DNA from: a virus
Lineage: Duplodnaviria; Caudoviricetes
Strand: one strand, 5' to 3'
Length of the DNA: 24,695 bases
IMG/VR virus record: IMGVR_UViG_3300025011_000188
Span: 1-24,695 of that record
Shown here: positions 16,227 through 24,695 of the stretch, one piece after another
Layout: the number at the start of each line of letters is the position of its first letter
How positions within the stretch are numbered: the stretch's first letter is position 1
Notes under the pieces: generated by a model
Told to the model about the DNA's origin: nothing
What the model saw: only the letters and a program-made list of their open reading frames with translations
Database searches by the model: none
Made by a program: the position numbers and the translations under genes

Positions 16227-16556
16227 TCATATTGGAACCCGCCCACTGCCGAAACATCTAGAGCATTGTATATCAAGTCCATAGCCATTCGTAATCCTGC
16301 CTTCAGCGTAACATTTTCGGCATGGCACTGTTCGAGCTCTCCAATCTTCACGCTTTCCGATCTCTGCTTTAAGCTCCAGCAATTTTCTTTCCGCGTCAGT
16401 TTCTGCACGGTTATTTACTAGATCATAGCCATGAGCTAGGCCATAATTTCCATGGCCTGCTTCAATGGCCTCGGCGATCTGCTTTAGTTGATCATCTGAC
16501 ACGACAATGCCTGCATCCTCTAACGCCGTTGCCACACATTCAGTCCAATAATCCAT
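16227..16556 (-). CDS. Hypothetical protein with DnaJ-like CxxCxxxG zinc finger
   Basis: Likely start 16556 (AAGGAGG RBS, MDYWTEC); CRKCYAEG...CSRCFGSG. Confidence 0.7.
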   Translation of the reverse strand: MDYWTECVATALEDAGIVVSDDQLKQIAEAIEAGHGNYGLAHGYDLVNNRAETDAERKLLELKAEIGKREDWRARTVPCRKCYAEGRITNGYGLDIQCSRCFGSGRVPI

Positions 16557-16569
16557 ACATCCCTCCTTA

Positions 16570-16962
16570 TCAATACAATATCCCCCGTATAAGTCCTTCC
16601 TCGCTAGCCACACAATCGCCAATTAATTTCATCATTGCATCATTTTTGACTCGCTTAAAATTATTTTCTGACTCTATGTAGAGCGATTTATCTAAGCATT
16701 CCGGGCACCGCCGATTCCACTTCCCCCGACTCTCGAATCCCAATCCACACGACAAACACTCTCGGATTGCGATATCCAAGTTTTTGTGCGCGTAAACAGC
16801 CACATAACTTTCTCGCTCACGCGTCCGTTGCTCACATTGGTAACATTCTCCCCTGTTACGCCCTACCTTAAACCCCAGCCTCACAACCTTGTCGCACCGC
16901 CCGCACCGCCACAGGGCGTACTCTTTTGCGCCTACCGGATCAAGTTTTTTTACCAATATCAT
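16570..16962 (-). CDS. Hypothetical zinc-finger protein
   Basis: Likely start 16962 (MILVKK); four CxxC pairs CGRC, CYQC, CLSC, CPEC. Confidence 0.65.
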   Translation of the reverse strand: MILVKKLDPVGAKEYALWRCGRCDKVVRLGFKVGRNRGECYQCEQRTRERESYVAVYAHKNLDIAIRECLSCGLGFESRGKWNRRCPECLDKSLYIESENNFKRVKNDAMMKLIGDCVASEEGLIRGILY

Positions 16963-17098
16963 CTTTCTTTTCCTTTCTTTTTGTTTCCCAGTACGGACTA
17001 TGGCAACGCGGGCATACTTTTGGCTTGCCGGACGACGGCCAGGTATGGCCACCTTTACATCGGTAGCAGTAGCATAAAATACGGTGCAATTTCCCCAT
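16940..17098 (-). CDS. 52-aa zinc-ribbon microprotein (not in ORF track)
   Basis: MGKLHRILCYCYRCKGGHTWPSSGKPKVCPRCHSPYWETKRK...; GGGGTG RBS; same motif as 16071..16193. Confidence 0.7.
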   Translation of the reverse strand: MGKLHRILCYCYRCKGGHTWPSSGKPKVCPRCHSPYWETKRKEKKDDIGKKT

Positions 17099-17186
17099 CT
17101 CTCACCCCTTTCCAAAAAATCTCTTAATCTAATCAATAATCTCAGCAAAACCGATTTTATCCTCACTTAATACATAAGCTGCACGA

Positions 17187-17387
17187 TCAAGCCCGCATAG
17201 CGATTTTTCGCATTGATATCAGCTCTTTCCAAATAATATCCATCGACTCCTTTTCTTCCCGTATCTGGTGTCCTGGTATCATCGCAATCCCTTTGACCCT
17301 GCTTTGTATCTCAACCCATTCCGGGCTGTGCGACAGTTTCATCAACTGGATAGCCAGCTTTGTTTCGGCACTAAATTCCATTTCCAT
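17187..17387 (-). CDS. Hypothetical protein
   Basis: 66-aa ORF with AAGGGGT RBS. Confidence 0.55.
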   Translation of the reverse strand: MEMEFSAETKLAIQLMKLSHSPEWVEIQSRVKGIAMIPGHQIREEKESMDIIWKELISMRKIAMRA

Positions 17388-17407
17388 TTTCCTACCCCTT
17401 TAAAAAA

Positions 17408-18091
17408 TTAATCCGCAGTCGGGTGCGTAAACCCCCACATCGACGCACGATATCCAGCCTTTATACGATAATATCCGGCCTTAGCCTTGATTGTTTTATG
17501 CTCTTTTTTTGTGTGTATCATCCTTGTCCCTCTCGTGCAATACAATGTACCGTCGACATCTTTCCAGATTTTTCCCTCGATTTTATGTGTCTCGCGTATA
17601 ATTATCGACTCACCGTTAATATCCACCGCAGTCGCCGGGAGGTGGGAGATGGGAATAAAAGCAACATCTCCTTGCCTTGTGATATCGCTAAGTTCATCAA
17701 TTTTGCATCCCCAAATTTTTGACAAAACATAATCCACACAAAATTTTGCGTCCGCCAAACACAATTTCGAGCGAATCGGAGAATCGATACCATGTGCAAA
17801 AACCTTGCCATTTTCCAACCGACCGACCAAGTAGTAATCTTTTCGTACTTTGCTGTACCGGCCTGGGCGGAAATGGCACTGCCTTACCTGCACAACCGCC
17901 AGACTTTGTGCCTCATCATAGCCGTACACGCTTGTATTAATGCTCGTACCTCTATTGCGCTTATCTGATTCGATCCCAGTCTCCCAGCAGCCTTCAATCT
18001 CCGACTCTTTCAATAACTGCTTCACAAAAGTGGGAGCATTGAGTATCTCCCCGTATGTGCCTCTTCTGTCCATCTCTTTTTCCGTTTCCAT
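17408..18091 (-). CDS. Hypothetical protein with RQGD...H...H..EH (possible metal-binding) C-terminal domain
   Basis: 227-aa ORF with own promoter and RBS; RQGDVAFIP, ETH, HTKKEH, GYYRI. Confidence 0.7.
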   Translation of the reverse strand: METEKEMDRRGTYGEILNAPTFVKQLLKESEIEGCWETGIESDKRNRGTSINTSVYGYDEAQSLAVVQVRQCHFRPGRYSKVRKDYYLVGRLENGKVFAHGIDSPIRSKLCLADAKFCVDYVLSKIWGCKIDELSDITRQGDVAFIPISHLPATAVDINGESIIIRETHKIEGKIWKDVDGTLYCTRGTRMIHTKKEHKTIKAKAGYYRIKAGYRASMWGFTHPTAD

Positions 18092-18143
18092 TTTTCTACC
18101 CCTTTCAAAAACTTAATTAAGAAGCTAAATCACTTATACATAT

Positions 18144-18171
18144 AGTATATCATATATTAATATTATGTCAA
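18144..18171 (-). promoter_or_regulatory. sigma70 promoter with extended -10
   Basis: TTGACA (18166-18171), 16-nt spacer ending in TGA, TATACT (18144-18149) in an AT-rich intergenic gap. Confidence 0.7.
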
Positions 18172-18340
18172 TAAGATTTCCAAGATTTTTAAAATATATT
18201 TTTTAAAACGCTGGAAATCTACGTCTGATAATATTTTTATTAACGTACATAAAAACATCAACAAAATGGCGGGTTTGCAGTCAAAACGTCGTAGGAAGCT
18301 CACAGGCTTGTGCTGGTAATCATCAACGACAAAAGCTATG

Positions 18341-18774
18341 CTACGATCTACCGAAAACCAACATCATTGCATCTCTTTGATCCTGATTCGTGCGATCCTT
18401 GATGCCCGTAATTTTTCCAAAATATTCTTTGGTGACTTTTGTTTGCGTTGGCCTCACAAGCTCAAACGGCAACTTAAGATATTCGCACATTTCCACGATT
18501 TTGCGCCCAACCTCGTGGTTTGCGCCGATATCCTTGCCAGATTTTGATGCCGCGAACTTATTAAGTTTTGCGATGTGCCAGTTTGATTTATTAAGCCAGC
18601 CAGCCTCTATCACTACGAGGCGGATATCGCTTCTCCTGGCAACCATGCAACTGAAAAGATCAAAAAAACTACGTGTAGCAAGTTGGTAATGCTTATCGTG
18701 TGGCCGCCAGATTGCCACGCCAGATTTGTCGCAATCAGGGTCTATGCCGACAAGGATTGTTTTTTTTTGTTCAA
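18341..18774 (-). CDS. RuvC-like Holliday junction resolvase/nuclease (start uncertain)
   Basis: Frame extends upstream of the GTG at 18718 to ILVGIDPDCDKSGVA; also VVIE, V.P...K, NQDQRDA. Confidence 0.7.
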
Positions 18775-18788
18775 TTATTTCGATTTTT

Positions 18789-19142
18789 TTAACCCTTTAA
18801 ATTTTCTGGAATTAAATCTAATTTACAACATGGGTGTATTGCATCTAAATTGTCGATATGTGGGGCCCCAAAAGTTGCTGAACAGTGGTCAGAAATAAGT
18901 CTTTCCTTGACCAGATATGGGCAGTCCCTGCAAGAGCGGACTCGGATTATCCTTGTTTCTACTTTTTTATTTTCTTGGATAGATTCATCGACTTTTAAAA
19001 GTACATCTTTAAGCCGCTTAAGCGTACAGATTTCGCCGTCCGTAAGGTGGGCATTTTCAGTAAGTGTTTGCCGGATCGCGTCCGCCAGCTCATTGCGTTC
19101 CCCTATTGCCTGTGCTAATTTATTGGCAAATATTTCATCCAT
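18789..19142 (-). CDS. Hypothetical protein, Cys-rich C-terminus
   Basis: Operon-packed ORF; SCRDCPY...C...PCC.L. Confidence 0.65.
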   Translation of the reverse strand: MDEIFANKLAQAIGERNELADAIRQTLTENAHLTDGEICTLKRLKDVLLKVDESIQENKKVETRIIRVRSCRDCPYLVKERLISDHCSATFGAPHIDNLDAIHPCCKLDLIPENLKG

Positions 19143-19491
19143 AAATTTTTCTCCCTTTTCTAATGCAGTCTTCGCTACAAAAACTCTTAAACCGATACGT
19201 TAAATCTCCACACTGGAGACATCTTCCTGTAGGCTCTTCGGATGTTTCGTCCCACAGAATATATTCTGCCGCATATCCTTTCGTGGAAAATTGATTTACG
19301 GTTGGGTCTATAATATTTCCGCCAGGACCAACCAACCACCAATGATCTCTTTTGCCGTGTAGAGGGCAATTGTAATACCCTCTCACCCGCGTCAATTCCG
19401 GAAAATCCTTTTGCATGGCTAATGTATATTCGGCGCATTTCCCAGTGGGATTAATGGCATGAGTTTTGATCCATTCAACGTATTTTTCCAT
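19135..19491 (-). CDS. Hypothetical protein (C...HWWL...IDPT..QF; C-terminal Zn finger)
   Basis: Likely start MEKYVEW at 19491; the C/H/D arrangement recalls transglutaminase-like folds; CLQC...FCSEDC. Confidence 0.6.
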   Translation of the reverse strand: MEKYVEWIKTHAINPTGKCAEYTLAMQKDFPELTRVRGYYNCPLHGKRDHWWLVGPGGNIIDPTVNQFSTKGYAAEYILWDETSEEPTGRCLQCGDLTYRFKSFCSEDCIRKGRKIYG

Positions 19492-19683
19492 TTTGTTCTT
19501 TCTCCACCTCCACATGGCTTTGCTCTGTCGATTATCACGGAAAAGCGCTCAGCCGCTTGTATTGCAAAAGATATTGCAGATGCTTGACAACGACAACAAA
19601 CGCGATAATCATCGACTTGGTACAGGATTGTGCCATGACAGGTACTTCGCCCGCAGATATCGCATCCGATATGCCCGCATACC

Positions 19684-19854
19684 TCATCTTACCCCTCCAC
19701 AGCAGGTCTTTTTCTTCTCTTCCAAAAGTCCAATCACGAGATTGATCTCGTCTAAAAATTCTCCCACCAAACGGAACTCATTTTTGTTTAAGTCGAAGTC
19801 CTCGCGTCCTTCCCATTTGTTACGCATTTCGTACAATTTCTCAAGTGGTTTCAT
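19684..19854 (-). CDS. 56-aa hypothetical protein (not in ORF track)
   Basis: MKPLEKLYEMRNKWEGREDFDLNKNEFRLVGEFLDEINLVIGLLEEKKKTCCGGVR; AAGG RBS. Confidence 0.5.
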   Translation of the reverse strand: MKPLEKLYEMRNKWEGREDFDLNKNEFRLVGEFLDEINLVIGLLEEKKKTCCGGVR

Positions 19855-20025
19855 GGTTTTCCTTTCATCCTATCTTTTCACAAAAATAACACCAATGCAC
19901 AAACATAACACAGTAACCGGAATATCCCTTACAAACGTAACCCATTCAACCATTTTTCTTCTCCTTATCCGAATTTTTAAGTCCAAGTGCTTTAGTGTAT
20001 ATTTTTTTCAGAATTTCTACTCATT

Positions 20026-20292
20026 TTATCCCTTTCCTTTATCAAAATCGATGCCCGCTTCTTGCGCCCAGTAGCGCAGTTCCCCTAACGGCGCAAGTTC
20101 ATCATCATACTTAAGCTCATCGCGTAAACACTCACAATCAATACATGTCTTATAATGATGCCACTCTCCATCCCAGCACCCAGACATTGCATGATAATCA
20201 TCGCCAGCATGTATTACAACTTTGCACTCATAGCACACATGCGGCTTTCGTGCGCGTTTGATTATGTTCGTGAACACGCTTGGTAAGTCCAT
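20026..20292 (-). CDS. Hypothetical zinc-finger protein
   Basis: RARKPHVCYEC...I..GD.Y......DG.......CIDC, a common phage motif. Confidence 0.7.
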   Translation of the reverse strand: MDLPSVFTNIIKRARKPHVCYECKVVIHAGDDYHAMSGCWDGEWHHYKTCIDCECLRDELKYDDELAPLGELRYWAQEAGIDFDKGKG

Positions 20293-20314
20293 TTATACCC
20301 TACTTTCCTTTGAC

Positions 20315-20722
20315 TTAAAACGCTAGCTCGCTCGAATTGATATCGGGCTTGCAGTAATCTTTAACCTCGTTACGGTCGGCGTAAGTGCCATTTTTATCGG
20401 CTTTGATAACGATTATACATCGACCTGTACGGCCGGTACATAGGGCGGCAGTAAGGCTTCCGGTCTCATACTGAGGCACCAAGTTGGTTGCCTCGCAAAA
20501 GTGCTTAAGCTTGTAGTGCATAGCCTCTAACAAATAGTCGTACACTTTCGCTTTCCCCCCTTCGGGTATGTGTATATCAAGTTTCATCTCAATCATTTCG
20601 TTCCCATTTCCACTTGTTTTATCCGTAGCTTTTGTCACAGTGAAATCGTACTCCCCTGCCGGCAGAAGTATTTGCTCATATTTCTCACTCAGCTCTGATT
20701 CTTTTTTTGGCTTAAAATTCAT
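20315..20722 (-). CDS. DUF669-like single-stranded DNA-binding protein
   Basis: LLPAGEY...V..A....S..GNEMI...L, V.DYL, NEVKDY; located in the recombination module. Confidence 0.75.
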   Translation of the reverse strand: MNFKPKKESELSEKYEQILLPAGEYDFTVTKATDKTSGNGNEMIEMKLDIHIPEGGKAKVYDYLLEAMHYKLKHFCEATNLVPQYETGSLTAALCTGRTGRCIIVIKADKNGTYADRNEVKDYCKPDINSSELAF

Positions 20723-20751
20723 CGTTATTCCTTTCCTTTCTTTTCTTTTTT

Positions 20752-21642
20752 TTATACTTTATGCGCCGCCCGGTATTCATCCCAGGTGCGGCTTTTAAAT
20801 TCTGCCTTGTGATTTACCCATCGACAAAATGCTTTTTGTTCTGCGTTCGGTGGCAACCCATCTGGCGGAATGTATGGCTGCGCAAATGGGTCGACGTGCA
20901 CCCCTTTCAAAAACTGAATGCGCTCTACCGCATCGGGGATATCTTTTACCAACACATAACAAAAATATCTTGTAGGCGTACAGTTGTGCCACCGCAATAG
21001 CTCAACTGCGCGATGTATTGCAGGGATCATACCGGAGTGGTCACAGGCAAATCGTAAGGGACTGCGCCACTTCAGCGACGACAAAAGACGTGCTATGCCA
21101 TCATCGATTAATCGACAATCCAAGCCCTGGTTGAAGTCGATTTTGACACCGAGCTTCGACATCTTTTCGATCTGTGCAATACCATGTTGATGTTGTAGCA
21201 CATTGTTGTCCATTAACACCACTTCTTCGTGTCGTAAGAACTCCTCAACATCTGCATTCATTCGTATTTTCCCTTCGCGATGTGGCACATTACACCACTC
21301 GCAATTACGATCGCATCCGCGAGTTAAAAACCCCATGCTGTAATCTATCCCATAGAGTGTATAGTCAGGGCAAATATGCTCTATTTCGTTTTGTAGCACA
21401 ATGCCAGATGCATACCCATTCCCACCTTTAATCGTGCCGGCAGGTAGATACAGGTCAGACGGCGTAAATGTGAATACTTTGCTTGAGTATACCTTGTCGT
21501 ATGTGGCATTCATCGCCAAAAACCATTCTACCGAATCCCCCCGTGCTTTGTGCCACGCGCTCAATTTCATCAACGCTAAGTTTGGATATCTAGTTTTATC
21601 GCTATCGTGCAAACCAACCCTTATAGGCATACGTTTTCCCAT
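20752..21642 (-). CDS. Radical SAM protein (phage family with PNLALMK N-terminal domain)
   Basis: TRGCDRNCEWC CxxxCxxC motif; DNN, DFNQGLD.RL, PFAQPY. Confidence 0.85.
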   Translation of the reverse strand: MGKRMPIRVGLHDSDKTRYPNLALMKLSAWHKARGDSVEWFLAMNATYDKVYSSKVFTFTPSDLYLPAGTIKGGNGYASGIVLQNEIEHICPDYTLYGIDYSMGFLTRGCDRNCEWCNVPHREGKIRMNADVEEFLRHEEVVLMDNNVLQHQHGIAQIEKMSKLGVKIDFNQGLDCRLIDDGIARLLSSLKWRSPLRFACDHSGMIPAIHRAVELLRWHNCTPTRYFCYVLVKDIPDAVERIQFLKGVHVDPFAQPYIPPDGLPPNAEQKAFCRWVNHKAEFKSRTWDEYRAAHKV

Positions 21643-22322
21643 TATACGACAATAATTTTTTCACGGATATGAAGTCCTGGGCAAGATTTTATTCCCGCTG
21701 CCTTGATCCAGGATTTTAGAATTTGTAGCTTGATATCAAGCACGGTGGGCGGAACACGACCGGCGATAATTTCCATGCAAAGCAAGCCCATGTTAGCAAC
21801 GCTTACCTCAATTTCTTTGCGCTGTACCATTTTTACGTCTTCGGTCTTCACCATTTTTTCAATTTGACGTTCAACGATTACCGGTTCGACGTAAACGTTT
21901 TCGGCACGTTCAAGGAGTTCATCTTGCTTGCTTTCTGTTTTTGCCGCCGCTGCGCGTTCAAGGAGCTTCTGTCTTTCGACTTCCGCGTCCGCCTTTGCTT
22001 TCGCCTCCGCTTTTGCCTGTTCCGCCCGGCGTTCGTTTTCCAAGCGCGTTGCATAAGCGTTTATCGCCGTCCCTACGACTTTTATTGCCTGTTCGTAGGG
22101 ATCACAAACCCGCTTTTTTTCAGCATTTACCTCGTCATAGGCCGCTTTAGTTTTTAACCTCAGCGGTTCAAACTTACCTACCCATCCATCCAGTTCGGCC
22201 TTTAGTTGAGATCTAAATTTTCCAGCATTTATATAATCATCGTAATCATTTACTACCAATGTTTTTGCTGTTTCCAGCAAAGCCAAGCTTGTGTTTCCTG
22301 CTTCGACAAAAGTTGCTTCCAT
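21642..22322 (-). CDS. Coiled-coil protein of the recombination module
   Basis: Likely start MEATFV at 22322; long E/A/K/R helical region, C-terminal PGL.I.E. Confidence 0.7.
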   Translation of the reverse strand: MEATFVEAGNTSLALLETAKTLVVNDYDDYINAGKFRSQLKAELDGWVGKFEPLRLKTKAAYDEVNAEKKRVCDPYEQAIKVVGTAINAYATRLENERRAEQAKAEAKAKADAEVERQKLLERAAAAKTESKQDELLERAENVYVEPVIVERQIEKMVKTEDVKMVQRKEIEVSVANMGLLCMEIIAGRVPPTVLDIKLQILKSWIKAAGIKSCPGLHIREKIIVV

Positions 22323-22323
22323 G

Positions 22324-22965
22324 TCATTTCCCTTTCCAATTCTCAATAAATTTTTCAAATTCCAACTTTTTTTCGACGTTTCGCTTTTTGAAATTATAAA
22401 AATCCAAAAGTTTACGAAAGACACCCCATGCCTGGACATGGTACGCATTTACCGGTTTACAATTACCCTCAATATCAATTTCCAGCACATTCGTTTTAAG
22501 CGGTGGAAAATCCGGATACAATCCCTTGTATGCCGCCAAGCGCACGGGATCAACAATCGGATTAAACCTCCTGGTTTTAAAATCAAATATTGCATCATCC
22601 CTAATCACCAAATCTACCATCCCCGCATACATCAGCTTCGGATGATACCGCCTCTCTTCAACCTCGAATTGCGCGTTAGACATGGTGTAGGGGCGGAACC
22701 ACGCCTTGAAGCCCGCCAGAGGCTTCTTAAGCCCATCATCAAGTGTATCCTCATCCAGCGCACCTTTGAGCCATAACTCAATAGCCTTATGGACGTTCGT
22801 CCCATACTCACATGCCCTGGCCAGCAGGGCAGGATTAACCATTGAGTAGTTTTCAAGCGGCCTTAAAATGTCCGACACGCTCGGAATATCCTCTGTTGTG
22901 CCATCCTCATACTCAAGCCAGTAACGGTGTCCTTCCGTTTTGAATTTAAGCACCGGTGAGGGCAT
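22324..22965 (-). CDS. PD-(D/E)XK (RecB/Cas4-like) exonuclease
   Basis: H.Y, PSVS.IL, GT.VH.AIE, E...YAG.VDL, DFKT; start 22965 after AGGAGG. Confidence 0.8.
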   Translation of the reverse strand: MPSPVLKFKTEGHRYWLEYEDGTTEDIPSVSDILRPLENYSMVNPALLARACEYGTNVHKAIELWLKGALDEDTLDDGLKKPLAGFKAWFRPYTMSNAQFEVEERRYHPKLMYAGMVDLVIRDDAIFDFKTRRFNPIVDPVRLAAYKGLYPDFPPLKTNVLEIDIEGNCKPVNAYHVQAWGVFRKLLDFYNFKKRNVEKKLEFEKFIENWKGK

Positions 22966-23908
22966 CGGACGCCTCCTGTAAACCAGCCAAACCGGCTGGA
23001 GAATTGATATCCAAATCAGGCTCAAGAATTTCGATATCTACAATCGTTTTGGCTATATCATTTTTATGAGTTAAAAGGATCATAAGCCCCGCATCCTTTG
23101 CGGTTTTTGCAAGAGCTTTGAATTCTTCACGGTCCGTGGTGTACGTCGCCACCTTGTCGCTCATCCTGTATAAGTATGCATCGGGGCCGCCTGTATTGTT
23201 TTTTATAACCTCTTTCACAGCTGACACTATGCTTGTTTTCACCGGAATCGTTTTAGGGACTACCGCCTGTGGCGGCCTTGTTTCTGGCTTGCCAGCAGGC
23301 TTGCCAGCTTCGTCGTGGAAGGGTTCGGAGTCCTTCAGCCGCCAATGAGGTTTCGGACTGCCTTTGCGGAATACGCACACGCAATGCTCTTTTTTAAACT
23401 GCTCCGTGAACTTGCGATCCCACATCTCCAAACCTATGCCAATATCTTTACAGCACCGCATAATTGCATTAGATTTCGTGGCCTCACAAGCATCACTCCA
23501 CGTCATTTGCATGTTCTCCTCGATGTATGTAGCCTCACCAATCGCCGAAGCTGCAAATTTCCCAGAAATGTACATTGCATATTCCCTGCATACAGTTTGT
23601 TGAGTTTTACCACCGTAATTGCTTTTCTGAGTTTTAATAAATCCACCAATCGGCTTGAGCGCCCACTGGCCGATCCCGAAAGCTGCATTCAAACGCCGCC
23701 GATATTGTATGTGGCACATGTAAATTTCGCCCGTCGGCTTTATGTCGATTTCGGAAATTTCAACAGGTTTGATAAGGATTTCTGATTGTTTCTCTGTGAC
23801 AGCCAAAACCGATATTCCGCCGTATTGCTCAATAGCTATACCTCCAAGTACAGATACTTCTTTTTCCTCTGTTATTGCTATCTCTTCCGTCATTTTCTCC
23901 CCTTCCAT
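22946..23908 (-). CDS. Mgm101/Rad52-family single-strand annealing protein
   Basis: IKPTGEIY...I.YRR.LN.AFG.G.W, REY, GE, KSNA.MRCCKD.GIG.E.WD closely follow the Mgm101p consensus. Confidence 0.85.
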   Translation of the reverse strand: MEGEKMTEEIAITEEKEVSVLGGIAIEQYGGISVLAVTEKQSEILIKPVEISEIDIKPTGEIYMCHIQYRRRLNAAFGIGQWALKPIGGFIKTQKSNYGGKTQQTVCREYAMYISGKFAASAIGEATYIEENMQMTWSDACEATKSNAIMRCCKDIGIGLEMWDRKFTEQFKKEHCVCVFRKGSPKPHWRLKDSEPFHDEAGKPAGKPETRPPQAVVPKTIPVKTSIVSAVKEVIKNNTGGPDAYLYRMSDKVATYTTDREEFKALAKTAKDAGLMILLTHKNDIAKTIVDIEILEPDLDINSPAGLAGLQEASDALTGA

Positions 23909-24026
23909 TTTATAATCTTACAATAAATCCAAAAACATAAAATAAATCACAACTGCGATACAAAACCAACTCAGTTGTATGTACTCCCACACATCATTTC
24001 CCCGCTTGCTTAAAATCACTTTCATT

Positions 24027-24329
24027 TTAATCTCCTTTCCTGGTGGTGGCTGAATTTAAAACTCTCGTTAAATCCGCCAAAGCGACCTTTGCGTCATTAA
24101 CAACGGACTCGAGCATACATGTCAGAGGCAACACATTATTAATAGCTTCAATCTCTTCCCCTTCGGCACTATCCCCAGACAACACCCACTCCAAGATCTT
24201 TAATGCTTTACTAATCTTTGATAAATGTTTCCCAAGCGCCCTGTGATGCGCGTTTTCGCTTTTTTGTAGAACCGAGTCCGCTATCTCCTGCACCCTCATA
24301 TATGCATAATCAAGACTTCCACCGCTCAT
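24027..24329 (-). CDS. Hypothetical protein
   Basis: MSGGSLDY.Y...EW..SGD phage motif; GAGGGGT RBS. Confidence 0.7.
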   Translation of the reverse strand: MSGGSLDYAYMRVQEIADSVLQKSENAHHRALGKHLSKISKALKILEWVLSGDSAEGEEIEAINNVLPLTCMLESVVNDAKVALADLTRVLNSATTRKGD

Positions 24330-24420
24330 TAGATACCCCTCTCATATATATTCCAAAGATAAAATTAAGTTAGCGCGACGGCCAGAATCGGAAAGAACCG
24401 CCGCGCCGGTGGACACCCAC

Positions 24421-24639
24421 CTATATTTTGCTTTCGAATTTACTACAACTTGCACTTCTGATTACCGCAAAACCACCAAGTCCACACCTATAACAGCCCT
24501 GGAAGGATGGTCTTTGGTAACTATAGCCAGATGTTCTGGCTTGGGTGGCATCATAAGCCGGTGCCTTAGTCCAAACCTTTGTCCAGGTGGCATCGAAATG
24601 ATACCACTTAAACACAAAATTTTTGCAATTTTTGCACAC
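24421..24639 (-). CDS. Cys-rich hypothetical protein, start may lie further upstream
   Basis: CKNC..F, C.RC, SC.KFE. Confidence 0.55.
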   Translation of the reverse strand: MCKNCKNFVFKWYHFDATWTKVWTKAPAYDATQARTSGYSYQRPSFQGCYRCGLGGFAVIRSASCSKFESKI

Positions 24640-24695
24640 CGGCAGAACCGGCTTTTTGCTATAGCCTTGCTGATATTTGATTGTTTCGGTACGCG

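Larger units (their letters stand above)
1..24695 (-). mobile_element. Phage/prophage genome segment (Caudoviricetes-like, Mu-type head genes)
   Basis: Co-oriented TerL, portal, prohead protease, capsid, replication initiator and SSAP/nuclease genes; no host housekeeping genes seen. Confidence 0.95.

Noticed and set aside
1849-24246. Numerous plus-strand ORFs in the track (e.g. 13904..14365, 19466..20074, 22291..22776, 23315..23785)
   Set aside because: Antisense shadows of convincing minus-strand genes, with no recognisable motifs

Overview
This window is part of a tailed-phage-type (HK97-fold, Mu-like head) virus or prophage genome, with essentially all credible genes on the minus strand. 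Read in transcription order (right to left), it starts with a recombination module: Mgm101/Rad52-like annealing protein, PD-(D/E)XK nuclease, radical SAM protein and DUF669-type SSB. Next come many small Zn-finger and hypothetical genes, a RuvC-like resolvase, and a replication initiator carrying iterons and an in-frame HNH domain. The packaging and head genes follow: TerL, DUF935-type portal, HTH/TerS-like protein, Mu I-type protease/scaffold, cement protein, major capsid and two paralogous gp36-like adaptors. The most unusual element sits between portal and protease, where Mu-like phages carry MuF. It is a nucleic-acid end-repair cassette: a three-domain protein (His-rich helical domain, pol-beta-like nucleotidyltransferase, ATP-dependent ligase), a GC-rich structured-RNA candidate with a loop-E-like motif, and a protein with tandem LigD 3'-phosphoesterase-like domains. 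Other oddities are a PKD domain split in reversed order across two genes, signal-peptide-like genes inside the virion module, and a hairpin at base 1. No rRNA, tRNA, CRISPR array, integrase, lysis or recognisable tail genes were seen. All family calls come from motif recognition by eye; no database searches were run.
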